This document shows, in pieces, positions 23,945 to 36,490 of a stretch of 64,000 bases of DNA; position 1 is the first letter of the stretch; every line of letters begins with the position of its first letter. Origin of the DNA: Octopus bimaculoides (lineage: Eukaryota). The notes under the pieces are model-generated. The model saw only the letters and a list, made by a program, of their open reading frames with translations. It did no database searches and was not told where the DNA came from. Both the position numbers and the translations under genes were made by a program. The stretch is from contig NC_068981.1 of NCBI RefSeq assembly GCF_001194135.2, positions 53,852,210-53,916,209 of the forward strand, in the 5' to 3' direction.

Positions 23945-24560
23945 TGAGAGGATGTCACACTCAGTAATTTGGTGGTCATCAAGAAAACCAGATATAGGCA
24001 AATCGCTCATAGAAGCCATACAATTTATATACAAAGATGCAGTAAGTAAAATAAGAATGAACAGTGATTTCAGTGACAAATTTAGTATAAAGATAATAGT
24101 CCATCAAGATTCAGTCCCCAGTCACCTCCTATTCATCATAGTCCTGCAGGCCATCACAAATGAGTTTAAAACTGGTTGTCTATGTAAGCTCCTATATGTT
24201 GGTGATCTTGTTCTCATAGATGAATTTTTAGTTGAATTAGGAAAATATTGGCATGGAAGCTATACCTAGAATTGATTCCTGGATGGCTCAATAGAAATTG
24301 TTAGCTTTTGTTACCTAGATGTAATCAACAGAGGAGGTGGTTGTTCTGAAAACATAATAACTAGAGTAAGAACAAGTTGGAAAAAGTTCAGTGAGCTTCT
24401 GCTGCTTGCTGCTGACCACAAAGGTCTTTTCCCTCAGAGAGCTAGGCAGGTTATATGATGCTTGTGTTGGAACTACAATGTTGCATGACAGTGAGACATG
24501 AGCCTTGAATGCAGAGGTTTTGAGAAGACTGGAAAGAAATGAAGTGAGCCTACTCCATCA
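23945..24560 (+). mobile_element. Decayed RTE-clade LINE reverse transcriptase fragment
   Basis: ORF 23952-24269 (IKIIVHQDSVPSHLLFIIVLQAITNEFKTGCLCKLLYVGDLVLI) matches the RTE pattern VGVHQGSxLSPLLFIIV...GCPWELLYADDLVL. Degenerate YLG and LHGSETW motifs lie downstream. Confidence 0.85.
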
Positions 24561-27169
24561 GATTTTTTTTATTGGAGGTTTTTGCAAGGTAGCTTTAAGC
24601 CATGGTTATGAATGAACACTAGAATAGAAATGTACTTGCAATGATTTACCCTATATACATGGGGTTATTGTGATTATTATCTACTTTTATATTTGTGTTC
24701 TCATTTTATTTAAATATGTGGTTGCTTGGAAACATTAAACCAACTTTTTCTCTTCAGAATTTGCAGCCAAAATATTGTTCCTAATGAGAGAATCTCCTTA
24801 CAGGAAAATTTCTGCCCTATCTTTTATGGTGATAATTTTTCTCAGACAGCATCATCTCTAACCTAAATTGATAATTTTTACATATTTTGTTGCTTTCTAG
24901 GTTCCCTTATACTTGTCAACTTATTACGCATTTAATTTCATTTTGCTGATACATTCTTTTTTTATTTATTTCATAGTTGGAGACAGTAAGGAACCCAGTC
25001 AACAAACAGAGCTTTTTCATAAGGTATATTTCATCTCTTGCCTTTTAATTTATCATCATCATCATAATCATAATCATTGTCATCATCCTTTAACATCCAT
25101 TTTCCATGCTGCCATGGATTGGATGGTTTGATGGGAACTGACAAGCTGGAGAGCTGCACCAGGCTCCAATTGTCTGTTCGGTATGGTTTCTATGGCTGGA
25201 TGCCCCTCCTAATGTCAACCATTTTACAGTGTATTTTTTTTGTGTGGCATCAGCACATAAATTTTGCTAATTGTATCAAAAACAGATATTAGAAGAAATA
25301 AATTATGTAGTTAATGACCAAGTTGTCATAATGTTTAATTGTAAATCTAATGGATTTTGTGTCCATTTGTTGGGGGGTCTTTTTATCCTGTCTCAGTAAT
25401 CTGTCAATGCAATTCATGTCAGTGAAACCAATGTTGATATAATAACAATGATTATAATGTAATTATCAAACATAAACCTGAGTGTTATGGAGACATCTGA
25501 TGATGAAGCTTTCTCTAAAAGTAATAGCATAATAATGACAGTGTAGTTGAAAAAGAAAACAAGGATGCATATTCCATGTATCCCATACAATGATGAGGAC
25601 AATAATCTATACTGACAAAAAGCTTCATGTTTTTAGAGAAGGGATATTGTTTATCAAATTAACCTGAGCACATGATTGGTGCTTATGTTATTTCTCCCAG
25701 AATTGTTGTTGGTGGCGGTGGTAGCGGTGGCGGTTATTTTGGTGTAGTAGTAGTAGTAGTAGTAGTAGTTTCTACTTTGGATACAACAATTTTTGCAAGG
25801 AGAGCATTAGTTGATAACAATGACTCTAGCCAGTACTTGACTGCTGCTCCATTTAAATGCTTTTATTTATTTGTATTTATTATTTCATTTTGTATATTTC
25901 TGAATCAGGTAACCACTTTGGAGATTATGGTAAGATCAAGCTATATGTATATGATCTAGGAATATAAAACTGATTTTAATTTTTGAATCTCTTACAGTTT
26001 CATCTGATCATTGCTCTCAGTCCATCTGCAACTTGTCTATTCACCTTCTTTTGGCATATTTCAAATTGGCCACCTGAGTAATTACTGTACGGGCTAAGGA
26101 TCTGGTGTGTTTAATGTACCACAAGATGACTGAGCCAGTCACGTATGGCAACCATTGTTGATATGATGCCAATCACTTGGGAATATCAAAGTAAAAAACA
26201 CCAGTGTCTATTTTACTAAACCTGTGCTCTTTCACTTTGTTGATTAAGCATTTTTTGTTTTAATAAAAAATCATTTAAATAGAGATTTTGATTGAGTTGT
26301 TATATTTTATTATTTGCATTTATTTTTCTTATAATGCATTATAATATATAAGAGTGATTTGTACACACATACACATTGTTTTGTGCTTTTCATGAGTTTT
26401 TTTTTATAGCTTTTTTCTCTTTGAACTTAAAAAAGGATGAATTATATAAATACAATATACTAAACAAAATTTAGTAATTAAAATAAAAGAATGATTAATT
26501 AAATTGCTTTGCTGCTGGGATGATTTTTTATTTCCCTCCAATATTTATTGTTTTTAACACAGCATATCTACGTTATTTCCAAACAACTATCACAGTAACT
26601 GGCCTATCAGCCATGTATATACATTAAATGTTGACAACATAAACGGTTATTTTAATTTAATAATGCCTCAATTACATCTAGTGGACTTTTATTAAGTTGA
26701 TGGTTATTCACAACATCCAGTGAGACTTTAATTTACTGTTTACTATATCAGAAGTAATGAATTTTCATACAGGCATGTGACTAGCTCTGAGTGCACATCA
26801 TTGGAAAGGTCTATATGCATCAGGTATTCTCACTGGCTACTGTTGAACCGATTTTCCTTTCCTTCTGATGTTTATTGTGTTTTTAACACAACATATTCAT
26901 AAGAAATATTATTTCAGGATAAATACTGCAGTAACAGGCCTATCAATAGTGTTTCTACAATAAGTATAATACATAGTTGGCTATTTTAATTTAATATTGC
27001 TTCAATTGGACCACTGAACACAGCACATTTTTTTTCATTCTCTCTCTATTTATTTCCTCTTTATACCTTTTTATTGAAGAGCATAGGCTCCAAACGTAAA
27101 AATATTTTCCATTTTTCCAAAGTGTCAAACTAATACCCTTGCTTGTTGTTCCTACACCTGTCTTTGTTT

Positions 27170-27783
27170 TTCTATAAATTTGAACTATGGAAGAAGCCTG
27201 TGGAAGAGGTAGACCCAGGAAGAGACATGGGATGAGATGTTGAAGCATGACCTTCGAACGTTGGGCCTCACAGAGGCAATGACAGGAGACTGAGACCTTT
27301 GGAGATATGCTATGATTGAGAAGACCCAGCAACTAAAGTGAGATCGCAGCCATGGCCAAATGCCAGTGTTTCATGTCCAGCCCATTTAAAAGTACCCTTG
27401 ATGCATTGGGTGATATAATATACTTGAGAAGACCTGTTGAGTCAAGTAAAACCAAAATCGTAGATGTAACCAGTGCCCCCTGACTGGCTCCCATGTCAGT
27501 GGCACATAAAAAGCACCATTCGAACGTGGGCAATGCCAGTGCCCCCTGACTGGCTCTCGTGCTGGTGGCATGTAAAATAACACTATCCAAACATGATCGA
27601 TGACAGGCTTGCCTGACTGGCTCCTGTGCCAGTGGCCCATTAAAAACACCCACTACACTCTTGGAGTGGTTGGCGTTAGGAAGGGCATCCAACTGTAGAA
27701 ACCTTGCCAGATCAGATTGGAGCCTGGTGCAGCCGCTGGCTTTCCAGACCTCAGACATTAAATAGTGATGATGATGATGATAT
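27170..27783 (+). mobile_element. 3' end of an RTE LINE: ORF C-terminus, long 3'UTR and (GAT)n tail
   Basis: GRGRPRKTWDEMLKHDLRTLGLTEAMTGD*DLWRYAM runs directly into the sequence otherwise seen as short dispersed repeats. Similar composite at 30960-31365; ORF-end piece at 15240-15350. Confidence 0.8.
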
Positions 27784-29645
27784 ATGGTTTTGTAAGCCTA
27801 CTGCTTCTTTATCCTCCCCCCTCCCACCAGCTGCTTGTCACTTTTATCCTTCTACTCATCACTATGCATGTGGATATGTGTGTGTGTAAGCATGTATAAT
27901 GTATTTGGCATCCATTGACTATGTAACTTTTGTCATCTTTACCATCCCCCTACCACAAAATTGCAGTTTCCCTACCAACTTTAACTTCTTATATTAAATC
28001 TATCTCTCCTTTACTCTCTCTCTCTCTCTCTCTTTCTTTCTCTCTATCTATCTATCTATCTATCTACAAAATGTAAAATGTAACTAGCGAAATCAACCAA
28101 TCAATCATCATTTATACAGCCGTTTTATATATGTATGAGTGTTTGAATGGTTTACACTGATGAGAAGCAAGCTTTTAAACAGACCAAATTTATTATGATG
28201 GTTAGTGCTTTAAGAAAATAACTACTGAAATCCAAAGCTTCATTTTTCTCAGCAAGCTTAATTATCAGAGACAAAAATGTAATCAAAAATCTGTTGTAAG
28301 AAAATTTTCACTAATAAGTCTTTTAACATTGTATTTTATAGGAAATTTCATATCTAAATGTACTTTATGAAAATTGGTTGTCTTTTACAGAAATTTACAG
28401 CTTAATACACAAAACATTATTGCCTGTTAGAATGTGATCAAGTGGCATCTTGTTGCTATCAGACAATATATCAATATTCTCTAGGAGTGTTGTCTTCCCT
28501 AATTATATGGTATTATATAAGATAGATCAGGTTGTTGGTTGTTTCCTGAGTATTTCTCGAGTAGGTGAAAGAAATAATTATGTTCATTAGGTGATTAGTA
28601 GCTTCAGTCCTGTGATTGCGTATTTGAAATGGTTTGATACTTTGCTTTAGTAGCATGACTAAATGTGACCTTTCTGAAAGAAAAGTTTTTACTCCATAAT
28701 ATATCTTCTTACATCAGGTTTTCAAACTGAAACCTGATGCTATAATTTTCAATGAATCTACAGGAACCATTATCTGACATTTTCTGCAGCCATATATATG
28801 TTTTGGACAAGAAAATTGAGATAGCAAAATAGTGGAATGTTTTCAGCTATTTTTCACATGCTTTATTGAGAATTATTCAACAGCAAATGATAAACAGCTA
28901 TCCCAGGAATAATAAAATGCCAGATTTGTAGATATGCTTTCTTGTTGAGGCCTTTTTACCACACCTGTTCCATCAGGAAGAGTAGAAGAGCCTAAGAATT
29001 TATATTAAAGGCTATAGAAAAGAAAAAAACGAAAATACACTCTGAAGAATGTGTGTTGATGAAAGATACAACGGAACCAGCGAATATGATGGAGAGAGAG
29101 TACAGTAGCTCTTCGTCTTAAAGAAAAGAGCAGCTATAAAATGTTTCTAGAAAATGTTGATAAACTGTTTAGCAGACTAGGTATGGAATTTTTGGAAGGG
29201 GCTGCTATATTAGAAAATTAAATCATAAAATGGTGATCTTGTGCATTTGAATTACAAGATTCAATTTTTGCATTTGTTGTCATTGTTGTACTTTTTTTCT
29301 TTTTTAAATCTAGAATTCCTAAGCTAGATTTTAAACATATGGAATGAGTCTTTACCATTATCTATAAGAGGATATTTCTGTTACAAATACATCTGTTCAT
29401 TTTCCATGCTGGCACGAGTTGGACAGTTTGACAGGAGCTGGCATGCCAAAGGTCTGTGCCAAGCTCCAGCTAGATGCCCTTCCTAACACTAATCACTTTC
29501 CAGAGTGTAGTGGGTACTTTTAACATGACACAGACACCAGTGAGGTGCCAAACTACTTGCAGGACAAGACCCTTCAACTGAAAAATATAGTATTGAGAAA
29601 GGTGACTTTATGCCAAGTGATAAAAGGCTAAAGCTTTTTTTATAT

Positions 29646-29698
<53 letters not shown>

Positions 29699-32600
29699 AT
29701 AATTTTGTTAGGAATCAAAACTCAAGTGAATCTCAACTTTCTCAATAATACAAAAAATACTGACAGAAGCAGAATTTCATGCCAGAACTGTTTAACTCTT
29801 TTGATACAGATCTTCTTGATTTTGACCATGGTTTTACGGCACAAACATCTTGTTTTAAACTGATCTAAATTTTAAAATTTTCATCAAAAGTTCATGCCAA
29901 TTTATACCCCAAACTTCAACTTCATAATTACAAAGTTACTTCACTAAATTCTTCATTATTGTAAAAATAGCTTGAAGCAAAGGTAGCGTATTTCGGGTTA
30001 AAGAAATGCTAACTTGAGAAAATTGTGTCAATGCAATTGTGTTATGGTTACGTGCAACATAAAGATCTGCTTTAATTTGAAGTGATGGTATCATAGCAAA
30101 TCAAGGTCACTGCTTAATATTTTCAAAAGAAATCAGTACTCTTGGTTATTCCAGTTAAGACAGAAGAAATGATTTAGGTTAAATGTTTCTGCAATAATTG
30201 TCTGCTGTAAGTCATGGGTCCTTTCACAAAATGTGTAACAAACTGGTAGGTGGGTGTTACTTATCTTGGTTTTTGTAGCATTAAACAGATAAGTGTCAAA
30301 TCCAGATAGGATGTTAGATTATTTCAGGTAGCACTCCTAGAACTGTGGTGCCTAATGTCAAGTTTAATAAACTGAAGCAAACAGAATTTAGTGTTATATG
30401 CAAATGCATAGCATTGCCAGCTATAGAATATAAAATCATGATAGTGTTCTAATACCTTTGCTACTAGTCTCTTTTTGCTCTTTGTATTTATATAACTAGT
30501 TAACCTCCAGCGACATTGACCTTTGTAAGTATTAAAGGATAGTACTTAAATGTTATAGACCATAATAATAGTTCTTGCTCATAACTTAAGTATCACTTTA
30601 TATCATATTGTTAAGTACTTAAGTTAAATATATTAATTTTAAATAATTTATTTAATATGCCTAGTTATGTAATACTTTAGTCTGCAAAAACACATTTACC
30701 ATAAGGTTTATATAAAATGCTGATGACATTACTATTCAACAGGTTTTAGTTTGCAAATGTTTAATGTTAAATAGTTATATATATATACACACACTATAAA
30801 AACAATCCAAGTGAAAGATTCTGACCACAAGTCTTAATTATATGTATTAAATGAAATTACTAAAAAAAAGACTATTAAAAAAAGATATAATAATAACAAT
30901 ACAATATAAAACGTTTAATAGAGCCATTTGCTATTTAGTCCTTTTTTTTATACTCAAACATTGGGCCTCACTGAGGTGAGGGACGAGGTGGTGAGGCATG
31001 ATCCTCAAATGCTGGGTGTCACAGAGGCAATGACAAGTGACTGAGATCATGGCAATATGCTGTGCTTGAGAAGATTTGTGAAGCCAAGTGAAACCATAGT
31101 CGTGCCCATTGCCAGTGTCATGTAAATGGCACCCATGAAGTCGTAGTTGTGGCCAATAGTGGTATCATGTAAATGGCACCTGTGCTAGTGGAACATAAAA
31201 AGCACCTATTACACTCTTGGAATGGTTGGTGTTAGGAAAGGCATCCAGCTGTAGAAACCATGCCAAATCAGACTGGAACAGCTCTCCAGCTTATCAGTAA
31301 CAGTCAAACTGTGTAACCCATGCCAGCATGGAAAGCAGACGTTAAATGATGATGATGTTGATGACATTTAAACATGTTTAAAGAGAGATGCACACTTGTC
31401 TCTAACAACCTCATGCTTGTCACATATGTGAACATAAATTCATAATTTTATTTATGTATAAGCAGACACTTAATTATAGGAACAGAGAAATAGATGCAAA
31501 CTCAAAAATTTCCAGTTCATAAATGTTCATGGTGGTTATCTACTGTAAATAATAATTAAGAATTAGTTAATTGTCATCTTCAAATAACCACAATTGAGTA
31601 ACAAGTAATTTTGACCTAATTTGTGTTTAATGAAAGAAGGTATGTAGTTGCTGTTTAAATTTAAAAACAACAACAATTTGTGTTTACATATTTATTTTTT
31701 GTGGGGCTGGAGTAATTGAGGGTTTTTTTCTTTTTTTGTTCAGCTTTCTCCTGGGTGGTCCAGAAGTTATTTTGACTGGTATCTGATTTTCTTTTTTTTT
31801 TTTCTTTTTTTTTTTGCTAAAGAGGGAATGAACTAAAATCTTATATGCCCTAAAGGTTGATGTTTGCATTTGAATTATTAACTCATATGAGTGTTTGTTA
31901 TCATTCAGTAATTGATTCTATAATGTCAAAGTTAATAATATGATATTCGGTGTATGCAGTTGAGGCAGTATTTAATTTAATTAAATTACCCATCTATGTA
32001 ACATACATAATATATATACACTCCATTGATAGGCAGAATACTGTGGTTTTCATCTGAAATAAAATTTCTTATGGATGTGATGTACTTAAAGCTCAATATA
32101 TATTGGGAGACAACCCCCCCCCCCCAGCTCAGCAGTTTCCAACAAGTAAGCAAGATGCTTTTCAATCTGTTTTGGCTTTGTCAGTGATGTATACCTGCAG
32201 CCATCCACACACCAGACAGATTTGTTGCCTCTGATATGGGAAACAGTAAATAACATGCTCACTGATATTGCAAGTAGCTGCTGGGGTGAATGTATATATC
32301 CAGTGTACACAATTGAAGCAGTATGGAATTGAAACAGCCATCAGTGTATCATACTTAGTGTATCTACACAAATGACAGGCAAGGTTCTGAGAGTTTCTTT
32401 CTTTCATGTGAAATAAAAAATTTTATAGAAGTGCTATGTTTAAAAATATACTATATATTGGAAGGAGGTGAAAATTCACTCTGGCAGCATTTTAGGCTTT
32501 ATCAATTTAGTATATTTGCAGCCTGCCACATGCTTTGAAGAGATTTGTCACCTCTAATATAGGAAACAGTGAATAGCATGTTCACTAGTATTGCAAGTAG

Positions 32601-33153
32601 CTGCTGGGATGAATATAAATCCAGTGTTTTAATAAATAGATGGCTATTTTAATTTAATACTGCCTCAATTGCATGCAATGGATTCTAAAATAGCCTGGCG
32701 GCTATTTACAATCTCGGTGGACATTCATCATCATCATCATCATCAACATTTAACATCCATTTTCCATGCTGATATGGAAAATGGATGTTAAATGGAGTTA
32801 GACAGCTTGACAGGAACTGGCAAGGCCAAGAGCCACACTAGCAAGGTATTGTTCGTCCATGGACAGACATGTCTCCACAAAACATTGCAAACAAGGAACA
32901 TCACTTGTATGAGGATGACGCTTGTTTACAACTATAATGAGATGTCAAGACAAGAAGACACAAACACACACGTGTGTATCTATAGATAAACCCTGTGTTT
33001 GACTTCAAACTGCCTCCAGTAGTGAGGTTTCACTAAAAACTATTTTAAGGAGCATAGAATCACCCCTTGGTCACTATTGTTCCCAGTCTACTCTGAACCA
33101 GAGTAGTAGCATCTGTCATGGTCCCTAGTTCTTGTTAGAACTTCCTTCTAGAC

Positions 33154-33456
33154 CAGGGGTCAGCGAACAGGGGTAAATTACCCCAAGTGGAGTAAAAATG
33201 AATTTTTGTAGGTAATAAGGACTCATTAGACATAAGTAAAATTATATAAAAAATATGTTCCTTGTTACAACAGAAATTTTTCTTCTGGCAATACTTTTAT
33301 ATTTATATTTATAATATATTTATAATCTATATAAATAGATTTAATACACCTTTTGAATTCAAAGAATCTATGATGTTCTTCATTTCAACTCGAGAGTAAT
33401 GTCAGCATAAATAAATATATTTTGGGGTAATTGGTTAAAAAGTTCCCCAACCCCTG
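33154..33456. mobile_element. hAT (Charlie-like) MITE
   Basis: TIRs caggggtcagcgaac and gttccccaacccctg, with 8-bp TSD ttctagac/ttctagaa (7/8), matching the nTCTAGAn target preference of Charlie-type hATs. Confidence 0.8.
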
Positions 33457-36137
33457 TTCTAGAAGGTAAACTCGTGTTTAAAAAAAAGAAACCTGAAGTG
33501 CAGTTGGTTTCTGGTTGTGTCAGCCTCTGTCAAACCATTGGTTTTATAGCTGATTGTGCTGAAAAGTGAGTTCAGTGTTGTGCAACACTTTAGCCACTCA
33601 AAATATATTCATACACAGGAACTTCTTGAACTTTCAGAATATTTGCATGGACTGAGTTTAGGAAGTAGTCTTTAGTCAGTCACCAGTTGACTTCAACCAT
33701 ATATACATGTGTGTGTGTGTGTGTGTAGGGTGTGATTAGAGAGTCAAATTTGGCTGCTATTTCAACAGTTTGGTCGATCATGTAGAAGTTCCTGCTGAAT
33801 CATATTTCTCAAGTTTCTCATTCACATAACAAATGTAGTTTTTGTAAGAGGGGTGATATCTTTCATGAACACGTGGAGTCACATACAGATCAACCATATC
33901 ATTTGGTTCATATGAGACGATTGAATCATGAGCACATCTTTACTTTAATATCAGCTCAAATAACTTGAACGGCAGTCCAAATATCCTAATCTCCTATAAA
34001 TGCTCTCTCTCTCTCTCTCTCTCTGACCTACAAGTTATGAAAAACATTACTATAGGGGGAAAAAATGATAAATGATTTTTTGAGAAAAATATTTCCCTAC
34101 TTTATTTACAACTAAAAGAGTAAGAAAGTTTTACACACACACACACATTGTTTACAAATTAAACTTGTGGTTTTCTTAATTTTTTTTTTTTTTATACAAC
34201 TAGCTGAGAAGCAGATGGCGTAGTATATACAAATATGCTTACTTGCTATTTTACTATCCATGGTATGCACAAACTCCAGATGGATAGGTGGGACAACACA
34301 CACACACACACAGATAATTGCTATTCTTAAATTATTCTGCTCTGTACAATATTGAATCCCACCTTCTGCAAGCGAATAATAAATAAATTTTAAACATCTT
34401 AGGGAAAAAAAAACATTGTTTAGAAAGATCAAGAAATAAAACCAGAATAAAAAAAAAAAGTCTAAACACAGGAATATACAAATAGTTGCATCAATTTAAA
34501 GAGATTAACAGAAGAAAGATTCAATGAGGGAGTAAAAATGTAAGATATGGAAACTATAGTAATAAACACATTATTATTGGCCTAATGGAAAAAAGAAAAG
34601 AGAATTTTATGCGTGAACGAATTGAAAGAGGATAGCAGGTGTGGGTAATGGTAGAAGTTTTTTTGTTTTTTTTAAGATAAACGTGAGAGAACCTAGAGAT
34701 AGCTAGATGGATGGATGGATGAATGGATGGAAAAATTAATAGAGGAAGCTAGAAAGGAAAAAATGTATTAGGAAGAGGGTGAAATAAGCATTAAAAAAAA
34801 TTTACATAAACAACAAACGTGAAAAACACAGAACATGAATGGAGATGAAGAGAAGGTAGGTTTTAAAAAAATGAAATTGCTTTATAAAACCACAAAATGA
34901 AAGAAAATATGAGTGGGATGTGAAACCAGGAATAAATGGAAAAGAGAATGATGAGCATTTCAATGTACAGAGGTTGAAAGAAAATGATGAGTATTTTGGA
35001 TCACTATAGCATTTGTGTAATGTGATGAAGTAGGCAAGAGAGAGAGGGAGAGAGAGTTTTATAAGCACCTGTCTTCGCGGCTGAAGACAAACAGGGGTGG
35101 TGAGGCAGATTTCAAGTGAAGTGCTGTTTTTCTTAAGGACCATTCAACCATCCTCTAACTGTTATCTTTTGGTCTTTCTCTTTACTACTATCACATTTCA
35201 CTCAGAAAAATGGAATCCATTGACCTTATCTCCTTCCCCAAATTGTTGAAGAATTCCGTTTTGGTTGGCTTTTAAGCAAAAGAGAAAAAAAAAACTTTTT
35301 ATTTATTTATTTACTTATTTGAAAAAAGAAGAGACAGCAGAAAGCTAACTGAATACTGAAGCTCAACAGCTGTGAACTTATCTGCTTGGTGTGGAGAATA
35401 GTGTGTAGTTGGTGAGAGTAAGTTTACTTATCACTATTCTTTGTATGGAGTATATAAGTGGAAAAGAGTATTAACACTTGGAAAATGTTTTCATTCTTCA
35501 CTATTCTTGAAATCTGTGGATTAAGGGACACTGAATTGTGTAGTTTCAAGTGCATTTCTCATCATTAACTTTGCCAACCCCATTTGCAGATATAACAATT
35601 TTTTTTGTTTTTAATTTCTCAAACTGTGGCTGTATGGTAAGAAGCTTGCTTCCCAACCATATATAGTTCTGGGTTCACCCACTGTGTGGCACCTTGGGCA
35701 AGTGTCTTCTACTGTAGCTTCATGCTGACCAAAGCCTTGTGAGTGGGATTGGTAAACGGAAGTTGAAAGAAACTTATCATATGTATGTATATATATAAAT
35801 ATATGTGTTTGTGTGTGTGTTCCCCACCACTGCTTGATAATCGGTGTTGGTATATTTACATACCCGTAACTTAACGGTTCACAAAAGAGAGTGATAGAAT
35901 AATTACAGGGTTTAAATAAGAAATAAAAAAAGTACTTGGGTCAATTTGTTTGGCTAAAATTTCTTCAAAGTGGTGCCCCAGCATGACTGCAACTGTAAAG
36001 TTGATGTTTAAAACTAATTAGAAATTATGTTGAGTCAAGGGGGAAATATTAGTAAATAGCTAATAATATTTTTATTATTTCAAAAAAGAACAGGAAGTAA
36101 TTCCTCATATATTTCGATCTTATCATATCCTCTTCAG

Positions 36138-36194
36138 CAAGGCATATACTTCACTGCACTTGCTGAATTAGTGACAAGAAAGGTTCAAAGAAGC
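36138..36194 (+). other. Plus-strand exon candidate (QGIYFTALAELVTRKVQRS)
   Basis: tatcatatcctcttcAG|57 nt|GTAAGT, open in frame 0. Lies near the right edge of the CpG-depleted domain. No homology recognised. Confidence 0.3.
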
Positions 36195-36440
36195 GTAAGT
36201 GCACAAATTGGTTGGCATGGAAAAATAGGTTTAGGGAAAAGGGATATTTGGCTGCTGTGAATAGCAGATCGAGGGACCACGTAAAAGCTTCAGCATTTGC
36301 TTATGAGCAGATTTTTATAGTTATGTATGGAGAGTGAGCCGAAAAACTCATTCATTCTTCTATGACCTCATCTCAGCAGGCCACGAATCAACCTCAATCT
36401 AGACCCATCAGGGTTATTGAAATTGTTAACCCCCCACCCC

Positions 36441-36490
<50 letters not shown>

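Noticed and set aside
34112-34432. Minus-strand ORF with a good acceptor (34369) and donor GTAAGC
   Set aside because: Contains a (GT)n microsatellite within the putative exon, has no recognisable domain, and has no phase link to the gene model.
36362-36480. ATG-initiated plus frame MTSSQQATNQPQSRPIRVIEIVNPPPPLSLS
   Set aside because: Runs into a (CT)n microsatellite with no donor site; likely chance.
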